Source: Eledone cirrhosa (lineage: Eukaryota). Taken from it: DNA of 64,000 bases. Numbering within the stretch: position 1 is the stretch's first letter; each line of letters opens with the position of its first letter. The DNA lies in contig OZ024740.1 in the NCBI GenBank assembly GCA_964016885.1, positions 191,580,001 through 191,644,000 of the forward strand, given 5' to 3'. Positions 1 through 13,951 of the stretch are shown here, piece after piece. The translations under genes were made by a program, and so were the position numbers. The notes under the pieces were generated by a model. It ran no database searches. It saw only the letters and a program-made list of their open reading frames with translations, and had not been told where the DNA came from.

Positions 1-390
1 ATAATGACTGAGAGAATACAAATACAAGAAGCTGAAATTGGGTTCCTCTGAAGGATCTTTGCTGTAACGATAGTTGACAGATGGCGTAACTCAAATACCA
101 AAGACTCACTCTAGGTAGATTAAGTACGTTTCCTTATCAAGAGATCACAGTTCCCTTATTATGTGCATGTGGTAAGAATGTCTAAGAAAACGGCAAGATA
201 ACTAGGGGTAGACCTCGTCCAAGATCGTTGTATAACAACCACGAGCTCAGCGTATTTGGCTTAAGGATCTTGGCAGATCAATTTAAGATGGTTGCTTCTG
301 ATAGTATGCTTGAATGTGTGATTGAGGACGCTGTCTCGGCGACACTCACATGAATATTGGGCAATGAGGGAGGAAAATACATCCCCGTAT
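1..390 (+). mobile_element. Degraded 3' end of an RTE-clade LINE ORF
   Basis: Frame from nt 1 reads IMTERIQIQEAEIGFL*RIFAVTIVDRWRNS, resembling the RTE C-terminal (IQAAEMxFLRRI.GVT..DR.RN) motif; stops and frameshifts present. Confidence 0.6.
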
Positions 391-1899
391 TTAAATATTT
401 TATCACTTGTAAAGTTTCTAAGAATTATCGGAATATCAGAAAGTATTATTTGAAATTGTATTATTTGAAAAAGCCATCTACATGAGGAGACATGAATCCC
501 ATCGCAATCAACTTTTATATTCATTGACTTCTGAGTGATAAATTAAATGACAATTGAGTACTGCGTCCATTCCTCCTATCTCATTTTCTCTGGCTTATAC
601 CTGTTATTCTTGGATCAAATCTTTTCCTATTACATCATGCAGATTTTGGACGAGATCTGCTTTAAGTACACGCGTGACTGTGGAATGCTTCGCCACTGAT
701 CTGTTAATTTGTAGATTAGGAATTTATCTAGTCAAACATTGGATGGCTCATTGATGAAATTAAAAGACGACCAACCTTATAATTTACTCATTGGCTTATC
801 ACAGTATGTTTGTTAACAGCGATGTTAGCATGTGTGTTCCATTTTTACACAGGCACACTCAGTTATCTGAAAAAGAGATTTAGGTCAAGATCGGATGTTT
901 CTAGGTTTTATGCCTTTACTCTACACATAGATCATGTCTTACCCAGAAATGTTGAATGAAAATAGTTATACAGAACCTCAACAGATGGATAGCACTTTAT
1001 TTGGGGGTAGTAGATTAAATACATTTTCTTCTTTTGCAAGTATTTGCATATGATCTAAGGTCACATCATTTTTTTTCATTTACTCCCATTAGTCTATGAA
1101 GCTTTTGAAAAAAACATGTCTGTTTTTGAATAAGCCACTACATCTCCATTAAAATAGCAATAGCCATAATCGTTATGACCCACTTATAGAAGTTATTACT
1201 GAATGTGATACTTCCCTCTTGCTCCAAGCTATATTTATGTTAAACGTTGAAATCCTGAATTGCTAGACAAATACCCATTCCATTGTCCTCTATATAGATA
1301 TCTTCACGATGTAGAACAAATGTCAAGAAACTATCCATCTAACTATGTTTGTGTTTCATTAGTACCTAATCACCTCAAGAGGCAAGTGTAGAAAATGATA
1401 CAATTGACGTGGCTCCCCCGGAATATTAAATATAGGAAGTAAATCTCTAATGTCAAATACTCCCATCAAGACATTTTAACAAACTCATGTTTTGATGATG
1501 CCTTAACTTGATTATGTTAATGAATGGGCCACTCTATTCGTATTTGTCTTGCTGAAAATAACAGTCAATATCTCTTAAATAATAGATTATTTTTTATTCT
1601 ATATATTCAGGAACATGAGGGTAGTCACTAAGACCCTTTTCAAGGCTTGTGAGACTGGTGAGGGAAGGGATATATCCCCAAACAAGGTAGATGACAAAAA
1701 TACATACAGCATAGTGAACTCTGCTAAAGGAAAAATCAATGCAAAGATGGCGATGTTAAATATATTAATAATTTTCTTCTAACAAGCAAGCAACTTAAGT
1801 TAAGATACATTGGATTAAATGTGTAAACTATACTATACAATATGTCCTGCAGACAATGACCAGCGACACCCACTGTAACAGCGGCCACAACTTGTTTGG

Positions 1900-3000
1900 G
1901 GTCCTTCCTCTGACGGTTTACTGATGATCTGATTTCACAGAGTAGCTCTGGAAACTAACATTTCAGATTAGTTCTGCAGAGCGTTGGATGGGGGCATCAC
2001 GTTGACAGATATGATCTGCGTGAGAGTGACAAGGTGTAACATGCAGTACGAACAGGAATTTGGGAAGAGCAATACGGGGGGCTGAGATTAGCGCCATGTT
2101 ATTCAGCCTTTCCTTAGCTAGACTTGGATGGGTTGATCTCGAGCTCAGAGAGCTTTAGTGAATGAATGGCCAGCCAAAGGTCTTCAACTATTGACTTAGC
2201 TGAGCCACCCAGAGTTACGTCATTTAGGTACTAGCAGTTGAAGGGCACCCATGCACAGTGGGCAGCATCGTCAACTTCGAGCGCAAAGAGGAGAGGGCCG
2301 AGTGGGTAACTTAGTTGGACACACATCACCGAAGTAACATTGTGTTCAGAGGACATGACTCTTCTGGTTCTTCTGAATGATAAATGAACAAGAGGGGAAA
2401 ATGAGGTGGCTGATCTGATACACGTTTCTAGGATGTGTTCCCGTCTAAAGATTTTGAAGGTGTTTGTAATGTCAAGATTCACAAGGTGGTGGGCTGACAA
2501 AGGAAGCGTGTGTTGAATTGTTTGGCCGCATGAGCTGCTGCCTCATATCCACACTTTACTCCCATTATGAGCTGGATAGGTCTTAGCACCTCGTTCAGGT
2601 CAATTTTCACTGACTTGCAAGCTATCCTGACTGCAATTTGTTGGAAGATGTTGTCCACTGCCATGAAAGGGACACCTCCATCAATTTTTGTCAAAGTAGT
2701 CAGGCTGGCTGAGAAGAAATGAAAATGGACATGACAGAGAAAGTTGGGACAGAAAAGACAGTCGGTGAGAGCTGCAGTTGACGGGAGCATCAGCAATGTG
2801 TGTGGAGATAAGGCCTTTGAATTGACCGGGGCACAAGCCGTCAATTCCCCCTCGGCTGCTCCCTCGGAAGGATCCCAGAGTAGCCACTAAGTTTTCCTTT
2901 GATGTGGCCAAGGAAAAGTTAATGGACGACTTTGGATATACCTGATGTCGGCTTGGGCTTATGGGTGTTTACGGCTAAGCGGTGATAGGACAGCTGGTGC
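1900..3000 (-). mobile_element. Degraded CRE/SLACS-clade non-LTR retrotransposon reverse transcriptase fragment
   Basis: Overlapping frameshifted ORFs 2681-2911, 2479-2844 and 2231-2500 give SFRGSSRGGIDGLCPGQFKGL, FFSASLTTLTKIDGGVPFMAV, LRPIQLIMGVKCGYEAAAHA, VNLDITNTF and VQLSYPLGPLLFAL. These match CRE RT motifs (SAGGPDGLRPQHLKD; ASL.AL.KKDGG.RPIAVG; P.QLGVG...GCEAA.H; QQGDPLGPLLF). Ends approximate. Confidence 0.75.
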
Positions 3001-6000
3001 GGGCCAGGGTACAGTGTCATTCAAAGCCAGCACATGTACCACAGCTGAATCTCCACCCTCAATTAGTTTGAGGTTGACTTTGAAGTAGACAGTTCATGCA
3101 GTTGGAAGTCGACTGCATGTGCTGAGTCGGCACTGTTGGGAAGCACCAGAGGTCAAAATGGTTCACAGGCAAAGAGGCACAGAAGGAAGTAATAAAGCCC
3201 TTGGTACTGAAAGTTACAGAGAGACGCCATCGATATATTATAAAGTAAATCAGATGTCTAAATGATTATGGCTAAAATGTTTATCATAAGAGTTTTAAAT
3301 AGACAGAGCTGAACTAGCGATAAACAACAACAACACTAGCTAACAGCGTCAACTATTTTTATAAATTACTTCAACATATCTGTATAGAAAGTAATTCTAA
3401 AGGCAACTTGAGTATCACAAGTGGTTCTTCAAAAAACAACCAACTACTTTAGGCAATCTTATAATGGTGTTTATTCTTAGGGTGCCACATTATGTTGTTT
3501 GATTCATAATACATGCTATTTTATAAGCATTTATATTCTATTTTCATTTGTTAACATTCTGTGTAGAAAAGTATTTCTGTATTGATATACTTTCAACAAG
3601 CTTTGCTCATCTTGTTCTTCTCAACATGTATTGTGAATAGACTGAAGCTTGACAATAGTCCCTTTTCTTTCTTTGTATTACAGTCCATTAGCATTTCAGA
3701 AATTACTCCATAATCCTGTCAGAGAACAATCTTCAACATTTGACATTCTGAAATTCGTAAATAAATGTACTGTTTAATATCATTGACAAGAAACATTTCC
3801 AGTTAAACGTAAGCATAATAATCTTGTCAGAATATTAACTGAATTTTGTAATAATAAATACTTTGAATAATGTTTCCCGACAGAATCATAATATATTGTA
3901 TCAAGATGATTGTATATTGAAATGTCTTAATCAAAATGAAGCTGTTACACAAATATGTTGTTGCGTGTCTCTCAAAATATTAGCCTGATATAACGATTAT
4001 ATTAATAAGATAATCCAACCATGAACATATACATACAATCATCAATTATTTAACTTAGAGTGAAGAACTATCTGTTGGGAATTGTAAATACTATTGAAAA
4101 GGTTTGATCTTGAAAATCTAAACTACAATAAAGGAAGGTCTGCGGGATTGCGTAAGGTTTATTTATTGTTATCCCGTTTGTAAAATAAGTTGGATTACTT
4201 TGAATAAATAATGAATTAATATTACATAATTTATCTACTCAATTTTGTAAACAAAAATAATTTCGTAAAAATAAATAATTTCAAGTTGACTTATTTTCAA
4301 AGTTTCACTTCCGGTATATCGTCGCCACCACCACTACTTCAACTACCATATATAGAGAACGAGAGAGTTTGTTATGAGAGAGATAGAGAGATTATGACTT
4401 TCTTGGGATCCAGTTGGATCAGTTAGAGATGTTTCCTTCTGACGGACCCGCTGGAAGGAGTGTTTCAGAAGGACTCTGCTCCACAACCCTCTCAGAAATA
4501 AATGGGCGAAGAAGAAGATATTGTCAATTTACTTTTCAATTTCCATATATCTATATGCATATATATTTGCGTATAACACCAATATGCACACTACATATGC
4601 TAGCAGAAAACCGCCCTGTGACGGACTTTCTGCTAGTATATTATAATAGCTCAAACTCAACTATTATTCCTATAAGCTACTATATTAACCCTTTTGATAT
4701 CAACATTTCATAAAATACTTTCTATTTTCGTGATACAAATCTATACCAGTTAAAGTTTTATTTTTTTAAAAAATGTATTCTATCTATATTAATTTCTCGC
4801 TATTGTTTAAAAATTAAGGGAAATGCCGCGATAGTCTATTTAATTAGAAATAAGGTACTTTATTTGTAAATGTAACGATTATTTGTTTAACAAGTACACT
4901 TATCAAAATTATATATCATGTATATATAAACTTTATGTAGTACATATATTGTATTCGTAACTCCAGTGCCTTCTAGAAATATCCTATTATTGAGCCAAAG
5001 ATGTTCAAGCTGAAAAATTACTAATACAAAAACATCAACATTTGAAGGGGTGTGAAAGTCTTTATGAAACTGTTAAAAATATCCAATAGTGTTGTCCACC
5101 AGAATGATATAACATAACAGTGAGTGAATTGTGCACTCAGTATTTGTAGAAAGGGCACATTCAATAATCTAATCATAAATCTTTGAGTCTGAATAAAAGG
5201 TGGCATGATTGAATCAGAAGTAATCTATCAAATCTGACTTGAGGCCAAACAACAACTATAATATAAATCAACATAATAAAGAAATTATGGTTTATGCAAT
5301 GTACAATGACATTAAGAAGTCTGAAATATATGAGCTGCAACAGGCAGATATAAAAAAGAATTGCCTCTAAGTTATATTGAAAGAGAAATTAATCAATCTT
5401 ATATATTTTAAATAAACAAAAATTTATAGAAAAGCAGATTTCACTATAAATATAATTCTGATCATGCTTTTTGTTACAACTAATTATCTTTCATTAAATT
5501 CAAAGTTGCAACGTCATTTATAACACATCATCCCATGGTCAAACATTGCATATATTTGATTTACATCACACTCCAGAAGAGCATTAAGTGTTACTCTCTG
5601 AATAACATCATATTTCTTGCATCTATTGTGGCTATGCCTCTGGAATACTCTACTTAGGTGCATACTCTTCAGGCATAAGCTGACGTATAGTCATCGTATC
5701 ATACTCTAAAACTATGAAACAATTGGAAACAGCTAAAATGCATATTTGGTCCCAATTTAACGGGAGTGGTGTGTGGGGGTAATCTACAGAAATACTCTTA
5801 TTCCTTTGAAACTACCATTAACAACAACAACAAAAACAAGAATGAGTAGCCACAACAACAGCATGTCTATAGCCAATAATGGCGATGCAATGTATTCATG
5901 CTAGAAATAATAAAAACATACCACTCATAATTTACTCTACAATTTAAACTTTTGTAGTTCTAGGTAGAGGACGATTATGATTGGAACGCACTTAATCATA

Positions 6001-6927
6001 TATCTACTTGATCAGGATTGAATTTCGATTTAAGTTAAAGATAATGGTATAATATCAGTTCAACGTTTCTCGAGACCCGCTTTGATCCAAATGTAAAACA
6101 AGTTCATGATATTTGGATAAAAAGGTGGATGCCCAGAATATATTTTCTAAAGATCTTAGCCTTCATCAAAGCTTGCTACGACCAAGTATATATTATCTGC
6201 TGAAATCATCATATGCTAGCATTAGACTTGCTTAATTCATGAAGAGTTTAAGACATGTTGACTACATCACTCCAATTTATTATACTTGTCAAATTGGTTT
6301 GGTGTAGTGTAACCACTGCACATGTTACACAATTTTAGGAACAACAATTAAGAAAGGCAATACAAGCAGACACAAATGCTGCAAGGTGTCTTCTTGAGCA
6401 AATTGGCAAATATTTTTACCAGAAGTGTTACGCATCCCTGGACACACCATACTCACTAGTGAGTAAGTACAATATCTTCAACTCAAATACACTTAAAGCA
6501 AACGAATTATTGATGAATTAAACACAGGAGAAAATATATTCCAAAACAGATGAAGCATTATTAACTTTCTTGATTGTAATTATAATTTGAATTGTTAACA
6601 ATTGGCAGATTAATTTGTCTGAAAATCATACAATCAACAAATATAATTTTTGGGCGAGGGCAAATCCAATTTACTGAAAGGTATTGGAAATAATTTGAAG
6701 CAATTATTGTTTAAAATATAAGTATAGAATTCTGACAAATTAAAACTGACAGCTGGTCATTTTTCACTAGTGTTATTAGGGAGAAAATATTAAGTTAAAA
6801 GTATTTCATGTTTAGAATGTTGTAGCATTATTAACTTTCTTTATTATATTTCTTTTAAAGAAAACCTTGATCATCTTAAATTCTATACACAATTGATTAA
6901 TATTGTTATGGAAATTGTTATAATAAT

Positions 6928-9900
6928 AAACATAGGCGGCAAACCGCATAGATGTACAGATCAATCAAACGCATACTAGCTACAGTCTATTCAAAAGAAC
7001 TAAGTAGCGACAACGCCATAACTACATTCACCGCCGCCACCACCCCATCATTGCTACCACTATGGCATCACGGGCACCACCATTAATACCCCACTACCTT
7101 CTGTTAACTTAAGAAAGGGGAAGGTGGCGGTATCACTAGACAAGGGAGAGGCTAGCAAAATATATAACTAGGATGACTTAGTGTCCCGGTCAAACGTCAA
7201 CGGCTATGGCACTGCTGGCTCTCCCCTTCCCCACCAACAATAGAAAAAAAACCCAGCACCACCACCGACATAGCCAACAACAAGAGGAAACTTCAACAAA
7301 AAGTATATTATAATATTAATAATAATTTCATTATTAAGCCACGCAGTGCTCACATTAAGGAACCACTCTGATAATAACAATTTAAAAAACAAAAAGAAAG
7401 AAACCCCGTGAACACGATATACCGGGATGGCAGCCGGCGGGGTATAGCCGTGTCTCTAGGTGAGGACACCCCTTTAGTCTTGGTTGACACTCGTCCTAGG
7501 AGTGGTGACACCAAATGATACCCCTTGGCGGTTAAGCATAAAACGCAAAAAAATATAAAGTCAATGTCAAGTGATAAAATCTCATACCGGATCGGCCTTC
7601 ACACGGGTCAAAAAGGGCCCCGTCCCTCCGAGAGGAACCAGACTGGTATCGAAAAATCAGCGAACGGTTCAAACCTTCCCATCACTTCGGAGCTGGAGAC
7701 CTCCCATAACCTGAATACTCCTACTGTTGGCCCTCCATGCTCACCACCAAGAAATCCAAATAAAAAGAGAGGAAAGTGGTCAAGGGAAGATAATAAAGAA
7801 GTCCTTGAGTCTTTCTACACTGCCATGTACTACCCCTCATATAGATGGAATACAAAACAGACATATATTAACTGGAAAAAGAAACATCCTGAAAACAGAG
7901 GCTATATTGACAGTAACAAACTAGCTAATATACGAATAAATATTGTAAACAAAAGTTACTAACACATATAGAAATTAATCAGATCAAGCTATTAGCACAA
8001 AGTCAGCGAACGGAAAATGAAACATGTGTCAGGTAAATTGTAACATTTCGAATCTCAGGGTTGGGGTGGATTCACTGACAGTAGAACAAATTAAAGAAAG
8101 GATCGAAAAAGTGGAGGGAGTGCTTGCTCAAGATGAAATTCAAAATGAAAACAATGAGATCATAAATGATAAAGACATGAATGAGAATGAACTTGCCAAC
8201 TTGAAGGATGAAATTATGATCGAATAGATGAAAATGAAAGAATCTGACATGGGGGAACGTGACACTCTCCCTAAGATCCAGAACTCCAAACAGAACCAAA
8301 AGATAATACACAAGACTAACATAATTCTCAAAAACATTATCATCACAAAAAAACTAAACATTACTGATCTAAATCATCTATATCATGCATCTCCTAAAGT
8401 CACCACTCACTTATGTGGAGTGAAAATGAAAAAAGCCAAGGAATTCTCACAACAAATCTACTTGGCAAGAGACCATCAATCGCCAAATAAACCTTCTCCG
8501 ATGTGACATAGAAATTTCGGCAAACTACAAAGTAGGTGAACATGTTAACAAAATTAAACTTAGAAAATTGAAAAGAAAATACATTATAAAATCAACAAGT
8601 GACAAAGACATGCTGATAGAAATAATCAAGCAAAAACTGTCGTCCAAAGCTGCTCGTATGAGGCTCTTTGAAAAACGCCCTAGATTCTATAAGGACAATA
8701 ATATGTTCAAAAACAATCAAAGACATTTCTACAGAAAACTTGGCAAGTCAACAATAACTGCTAAATCAATACCACCCAAGGAAGAAGTGCCAGAATTCTG
8801 GGAAAAGATCTGTGCCGAGGAAAAAGTTCATAATATACATGCCCCATGGACAGACAGACAAATGAAATATACAACTCACCTTGAGGAGCAAACAAGGGAA
8901 AATATAACGGTTGAACAGTTGCGTTTGGCTCTTAGAAAAACCAGCTAATGGAAATCCCCAGGAAAAGACAAAATACCACATCATTGGATAAATGCATTCA
9001 CAGAGTCTCATGAGCTGTTAGCCCAACTTTACAATGAAATAGTGAAGGAGCCAGAAGATTCCGAAGAATGATAAGAGACAAACAATCCCAAAAATTACAG
9101 ACCGATAATTTGCTTGACCACAATGTATAACATTTTAACATCAATTCTAACTGAATATACATATGACCAGCTGATAACAAATGATCTATTTCCCAATGAG
9201 CAGAAGCGGTATAAACGAGGCTCATATGGCTGTAAAGATCAGCTTTTGTTTAACAAAATGATAGTGGAAGATTGTCATAATAAACACAAAAATATATCAA
9301 TTGATTGGATAGATTATAAAAAAGCATTCGATAGTTTGCCACACAGTTTGATTGAAAAATGTTTAGAGATTTTCAAAATATCTCCCGTTGTCAGGAGGTT
9401 CTTGTCATTCAGTACGAAGACATGGAAAACGACACTTCTTTTGAATAGTGAAACAAAATCACTGGAAGCTGGAGCGGTTACTATTAATTGTGGATGTTTT
9501 CAGGGTGACTCTTTATCACCGGTTTTATTCTGCATCGCACTTATACCATTAAGTAACATGCTCAATGAAACAAAACATGGATATAAAGTCTATGACAAAA
9601 CCATTAATCACTTGTATTACATGGTTGACCTGAAACTATTTGCTAAAAATGATCAACAATTGCAAGGGCTATATCCACTGTGAAGCACTTCAATGATGAA
9701 ATTAAAATGGAACTTGGACTAGATAAATGCGCCAAAGCAAAGTTCACCAGAGGAAAGCTGCTGAAAAGTTCAGACATTAATCTTGATCAGGGGAGTGTGA
9801 TTAGAAAACTTGATCAAGAGGAAACTTCCAAATATCTAGGTGTTTGTGAGGGAGACGGAATCAAGCACTCGACAATGAGGGAAAGGATAAAGAAGGAATG

Positions 9901-11270
9901 TTTACGCAGAGTAAGTGCAATATTAAGAGCGGAATTGAGTGCAAGGAATACGATCAATGCCATAAACACGCTTGCCATACCAGTCGTAACCTACCGTTAC
10001 AATGTCATCAACTAGTCAAGCACAGAGATATTAATTCTTAACCATGCACAGAATGCATCACCCTAAGCAGATACAGATAGAATATATCTCCCTAGGAAAG
10101 AAGGAGGACGTGGGTTAATCCAGTTAGATATTGCGTTGAAAACTGCAACAATTGGATTCTCTAGATATCTAAGGGAAGCTCACGATTGGATGATCAAACT
10201 TGTTTTGAGACACGAAATCATCAAAAGATCATACACCATTACAAATGATGCACAAAGATACAGTAATGGACTACAAATCTCAGAAGTTCCATTTACTGCT
10301 GAAATGAAAAACACAGATAAAGCAAAGCAGGTAAAAGTAACTTCAAAGAAAGAACTGCTACAGAAACTGGCTAAGAAATGCTAAGAAAAGCCTATGTATG
10401 GAAAATATCCAGAAAGAGTTAACAATCATGATGTTGACAAAACTTTAACCCATCAGTGGTTGGCATCCTCTGGACTGAAATCGGAGACTGAATGACTGAT
10501 TATATCAGCACAAGATCAGTGTCTGCAAACAAAAAATTACCAAGCCAACATAATAAAAAATGGATGCAACACAGTATGCCGTGTATGTAGAAAACAACCA
10601 GAGACCATTGATCATATCATTACAATGTGCAGTCCTATAGCTCCAACCGAATACCTAAACAGGCATGACAGAGCTACACAATACATACAATGCGTAAGCA
10701 TTTTGACCTGCCACATCAAAAGAATTGGTGGGAGCATCAACCACCTCCCACAATTGAAAAAGATCACATCTCAATCTTGTGGAACTTTAGCATCCAAACA
10801 GACCGAAAAATAGATGCAAATAGACCTGATATAATACTGAAGGACTTCAAAAATAGGGTATGCTGCTACTTGATATGTCCGTTCCAATAGACAAGAATGT
10901 ATTTATAAAAACATTTCAAAAATTGAGCAAGTATAAGGAACTGGAGATAGAAATTGGAAAAATGAGGAAATTGAGAAGTAAAACAATTCCAGTGGTTGTA
11001 GGCGATCTAGGAATGATACCTAAGGGGTCAAATCCCAGAAACCCGCGTATAGGAGAAATAGGAGAAATACAAAAGATAGTGCTAATGGGAACTGCCCATA
11101 TACTAAGGAAGATTCTGTCAATATAAGTACATCACAAGTCTAAACACCTAAATATGCATGTGTGTGTATGTATGCTCTTTCTTGAACATGGCGGACCTTG
11201 TTGTCTCTTGAGGTCACTGGTTGTGACTTGGTGATAACTCGTATGATCACAAAGTAAGATAAATGCAACT

Positions 11271-11317
<47 letters not shown>
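6928..11317 (+). mobile_element. Near full-length, decayed Dong/R4-clade RLE non-LTR retrotransposon (family A, copy 1) ending in (TAA)n
   Basis: Fragmented single ORF 7525-11126: N-terminal KWSREDNKEVLESFY, WKSPGKD, RT motifs WIDYKKAFDSLPH, FQGDSLSP and INHLYYMVDLKLF, KYLG, CRVC zinc knuckle, and RLE RPDIILKD...LLDMSVP...KLSKYKEL. (TAA)n tail at about 11272-11317. The 5' region is homologous to 32697 onward. Confidence 0.92.
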
Positions 11318-11318
<1 letters not shown>

Positions 11319-11379
11319 TTATGTTTATTTTTTTAAGTTTTTACCTATTTCTTTGTTTATTTATTTATGTTCGTCTACA

Positions 11380-13654
11380 GCGTGATAGTGCCACGCTAAA
11401 ATCACCAGGGGTGATCTAAACACTGGTGGTGTTGAAAGCACCGGTGGTTATGTAACCATACATTCAACAATCCTCGATATGAGTGTTTAAATGTGGAATC
11501 TATCCAGTTCGAATAACGGCGAAGTGGAGAGTGGAACGTCATGTGACAGACTCCCACCCAGCAGGTGCTCCCTGGCCCAGCAGCAGGGACCTGGCTGTCA
11601 TCCACATACTGCTGGTATTGGTGGAAGAAGGAAAGGGACCAGAACCAACTGGAAGAAATATTTGAATATAACTGTTTTGCAATGTTACCTGATGAGTAAC
11701 GCCAAGGAAAAAGGCTATAGGAAACGGATGCATAACATCTAGTACGACATTGGTATATTTAAATTAGATGAATAAAAATTGGCCGGAGAGGCTCAGGTAA
11801 TAAGAACTAATGGATGGATAAGCGAGTGGAACTGGAGGAACTGAGCAGAGAGATTACGTTGGAAATGGAGAGTGGAGTATGCCAGGCAAACGAGCCAGTG
11901 GGAAATGAAGGTGAAGAGGTTGAGAGAACGGAGGAAGCATCCGAAGCAGACAATGATCTGAATGCTAAAATAAATAATACTTGGAACAAAGATACGGCAA
12001 TTGAGGAAATGAATGCTGACAGGCTAGGACAAGATTTGGTTGATATCCTAAACTCAGTGGTAGATGAAATGAACAATGATAGTGGGAAACCAATGAACCT
12101 AAGATTTGTAGAGAGGAAAAAGTTAAAAGAAACAACAGCTAAGGTAAACAAAGTCATCCCAATCCTTGAGGCGAGTAACCTTCACCAATGCAACAATATC
12201 CTCAAAGCAACAGCAAATGCGGTGAGGAAATTACGTGGCATAAAAACGAGAGGAACAACAAACAAGAAAGATCAGAGCCTTGGTGGAAGAAAAGGAATCC
12301 AAGTACCAACAGGTGAGATGATAAAGGAAATTGACACTGAAGAAGGATACAAATAGTTAGGTGTTCTGGAGGCAGATGACATCAAGAACTAAGAAAAGAA
12401 GGAATTGATAAGATCCGAATACATTCGGAGAGTAAGGTGTGTTTTAAAATCACATCTGAACAGTAGGAATGACATAAGTGCAGTAAATTCCCCTGCTGTG
12501 TCTATTATTAGGTACAGTGCGGGAATTCTGAGATGGAATGTGGCTGAACAAAAAGAAATGGATAGGAGGACTAGGAAGTTATTGACTATCTACAACATGT
12601 TCCACAAGAGGAATGATGTCCATAGACTCTACTTAAGGAGATCTGAAGGTGGAAGAGGTCTTATCAGCATAGAAGACTGTGTTCAGATGGAGAAAATCAA
12701 CCAACACAAATACGTAACTGATATTAGGAGGCCAATGCTGAGAATTGTACTGAAAGAGAGGACAATAAACGAGCGGATGTCCAAGGAAGAAATAACAACA
12801 AGGAGGAAGAGCAACCTTCATGAAAAATCGCTTCATAGTACCTCTTTTGAGAAATCTGAATTCAGAGATCCACAGGCATGGAACTGGTTGAAAAGAGGAG
12901 ACCTTAAAAAGGCTATAGAAGGAATGCTATTGGCTGCGCAAGAGCAGGCCCTCAAAACGAAGTGGGTGAAACACCATACTTACAAGGAGGAATGTAGCCC
13001 ACTGAGTAGGATATGTGGAGAGAGAGGAGACTGTGGTTCACATTGTATCCGAGTGTAAACACCTAGCCCAGACTCACTATAATGGCTGGAGACATGATGT
13101 GATAAGCAGGGTGATCCACTGGCACCTATGCAAAGTAAACAATTTACCACACTCTGAGAAGCGGCATGAGCATAAGCCAGAGTTGGTGATAAAAAACGAT
13201 CAGGTGAAGGTACTATGGGATTTTAGCATACAGACGGACAAGTAATTAGAATACAATAGCCCTGACCTGGTGGTTTTGGACAAGAAAAAAGTTCGTGCCT
13301 GATTGTATATGTAGCCTGCCCATTCGACACGAGATTGTACGAAAAGGAGAGGGAGAAAATTAACCGATACCAGGACTTAAAGTGGGGGGTAAAAAAAATT
13401 TGGAAATGCCATGAAGTCAAGGGCGTCCCGATTGTCATAGGCGCACTGGATACTATCTCAAAGAGTTTCCAAGGATGTTTAAAGAAGATTTGTCCAGCCC
13501 GGCTTTTTGGAACACTTCAAAGGGCACGCTTGCTGGGAACTGCAAGAACACTCCGATGCGTCCTGAATATCCGAGGCTGCTAGTTGCGTCTTGATATTCA
13601 TTTCTACAAACTTCCCAGTTAAATAACATCAATGACTGAGACTCAAAGAAAAAC

Positions 13655-13690
<36 letters not shown>
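11380..13690 (+). mobile_element. Decayed Dong/R4-clade LINE (family B) with internal deletion of the RT core, (TAA)n tail
   Basis: N-terminal WKKYLNITVLQCYLMSNAKEKGYRKRMHNI motif. Near 12290 it jumps to GEMIKEIDTEEGYK-LGVLEADDI, skipping the RT. Also RLYLRRSEGGRGLISIED, ETVVHIVSECKHLA, VKVLWDFSIQTD and KINRYQDL. Tail at about 13655-13690. Confidence 0.88.
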
Positions 13691-13692
<2 letters not shown>

Positions 13693-13951
13693 TTTCTTTA
13701 TTGACCACAAGGGTTTACATAAAGTAGACATTAAGGACAGTGCAGGACAATGCAGGACGGTACAAATGGGCATTTCTGCGTGTAAAAAGCAAAAACAGAG
13801 GATGTAACAAAAATAACAATGAAAATAACAATGAAAAATTCCCCAATAGGGGGGAGACTTCGGAGGGACATTTGTGGAGAAAGCCCAGTGAAAAGCCACA
13901 ATGACCATGACCATCAAGGCAAGTGCCCTCTCCCAGTTTTCCACCTTTAAT

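Noticed and set aside
1875-3218. TGTAAC...GTTACA as a solo LTR
   Set aside because: The interior is CRE-type RT coding sequence on the minus strand, and there is no second LTR or clear TSD; a 6-bp match is expected by chance.
3300-3760. Possible host exon or pseudogene on the minus strand
   Set aside because: Multiple stops in the frames I read and no motif I can identify with confidence.
11684-11700. CTGATGAG inside a small hairpin as a hammerhead core
   Set aside because: It lies in the Dong/R4 N-terminal coding motif (CYLMS) and has no properly placed stem II/GAAA or stem I.
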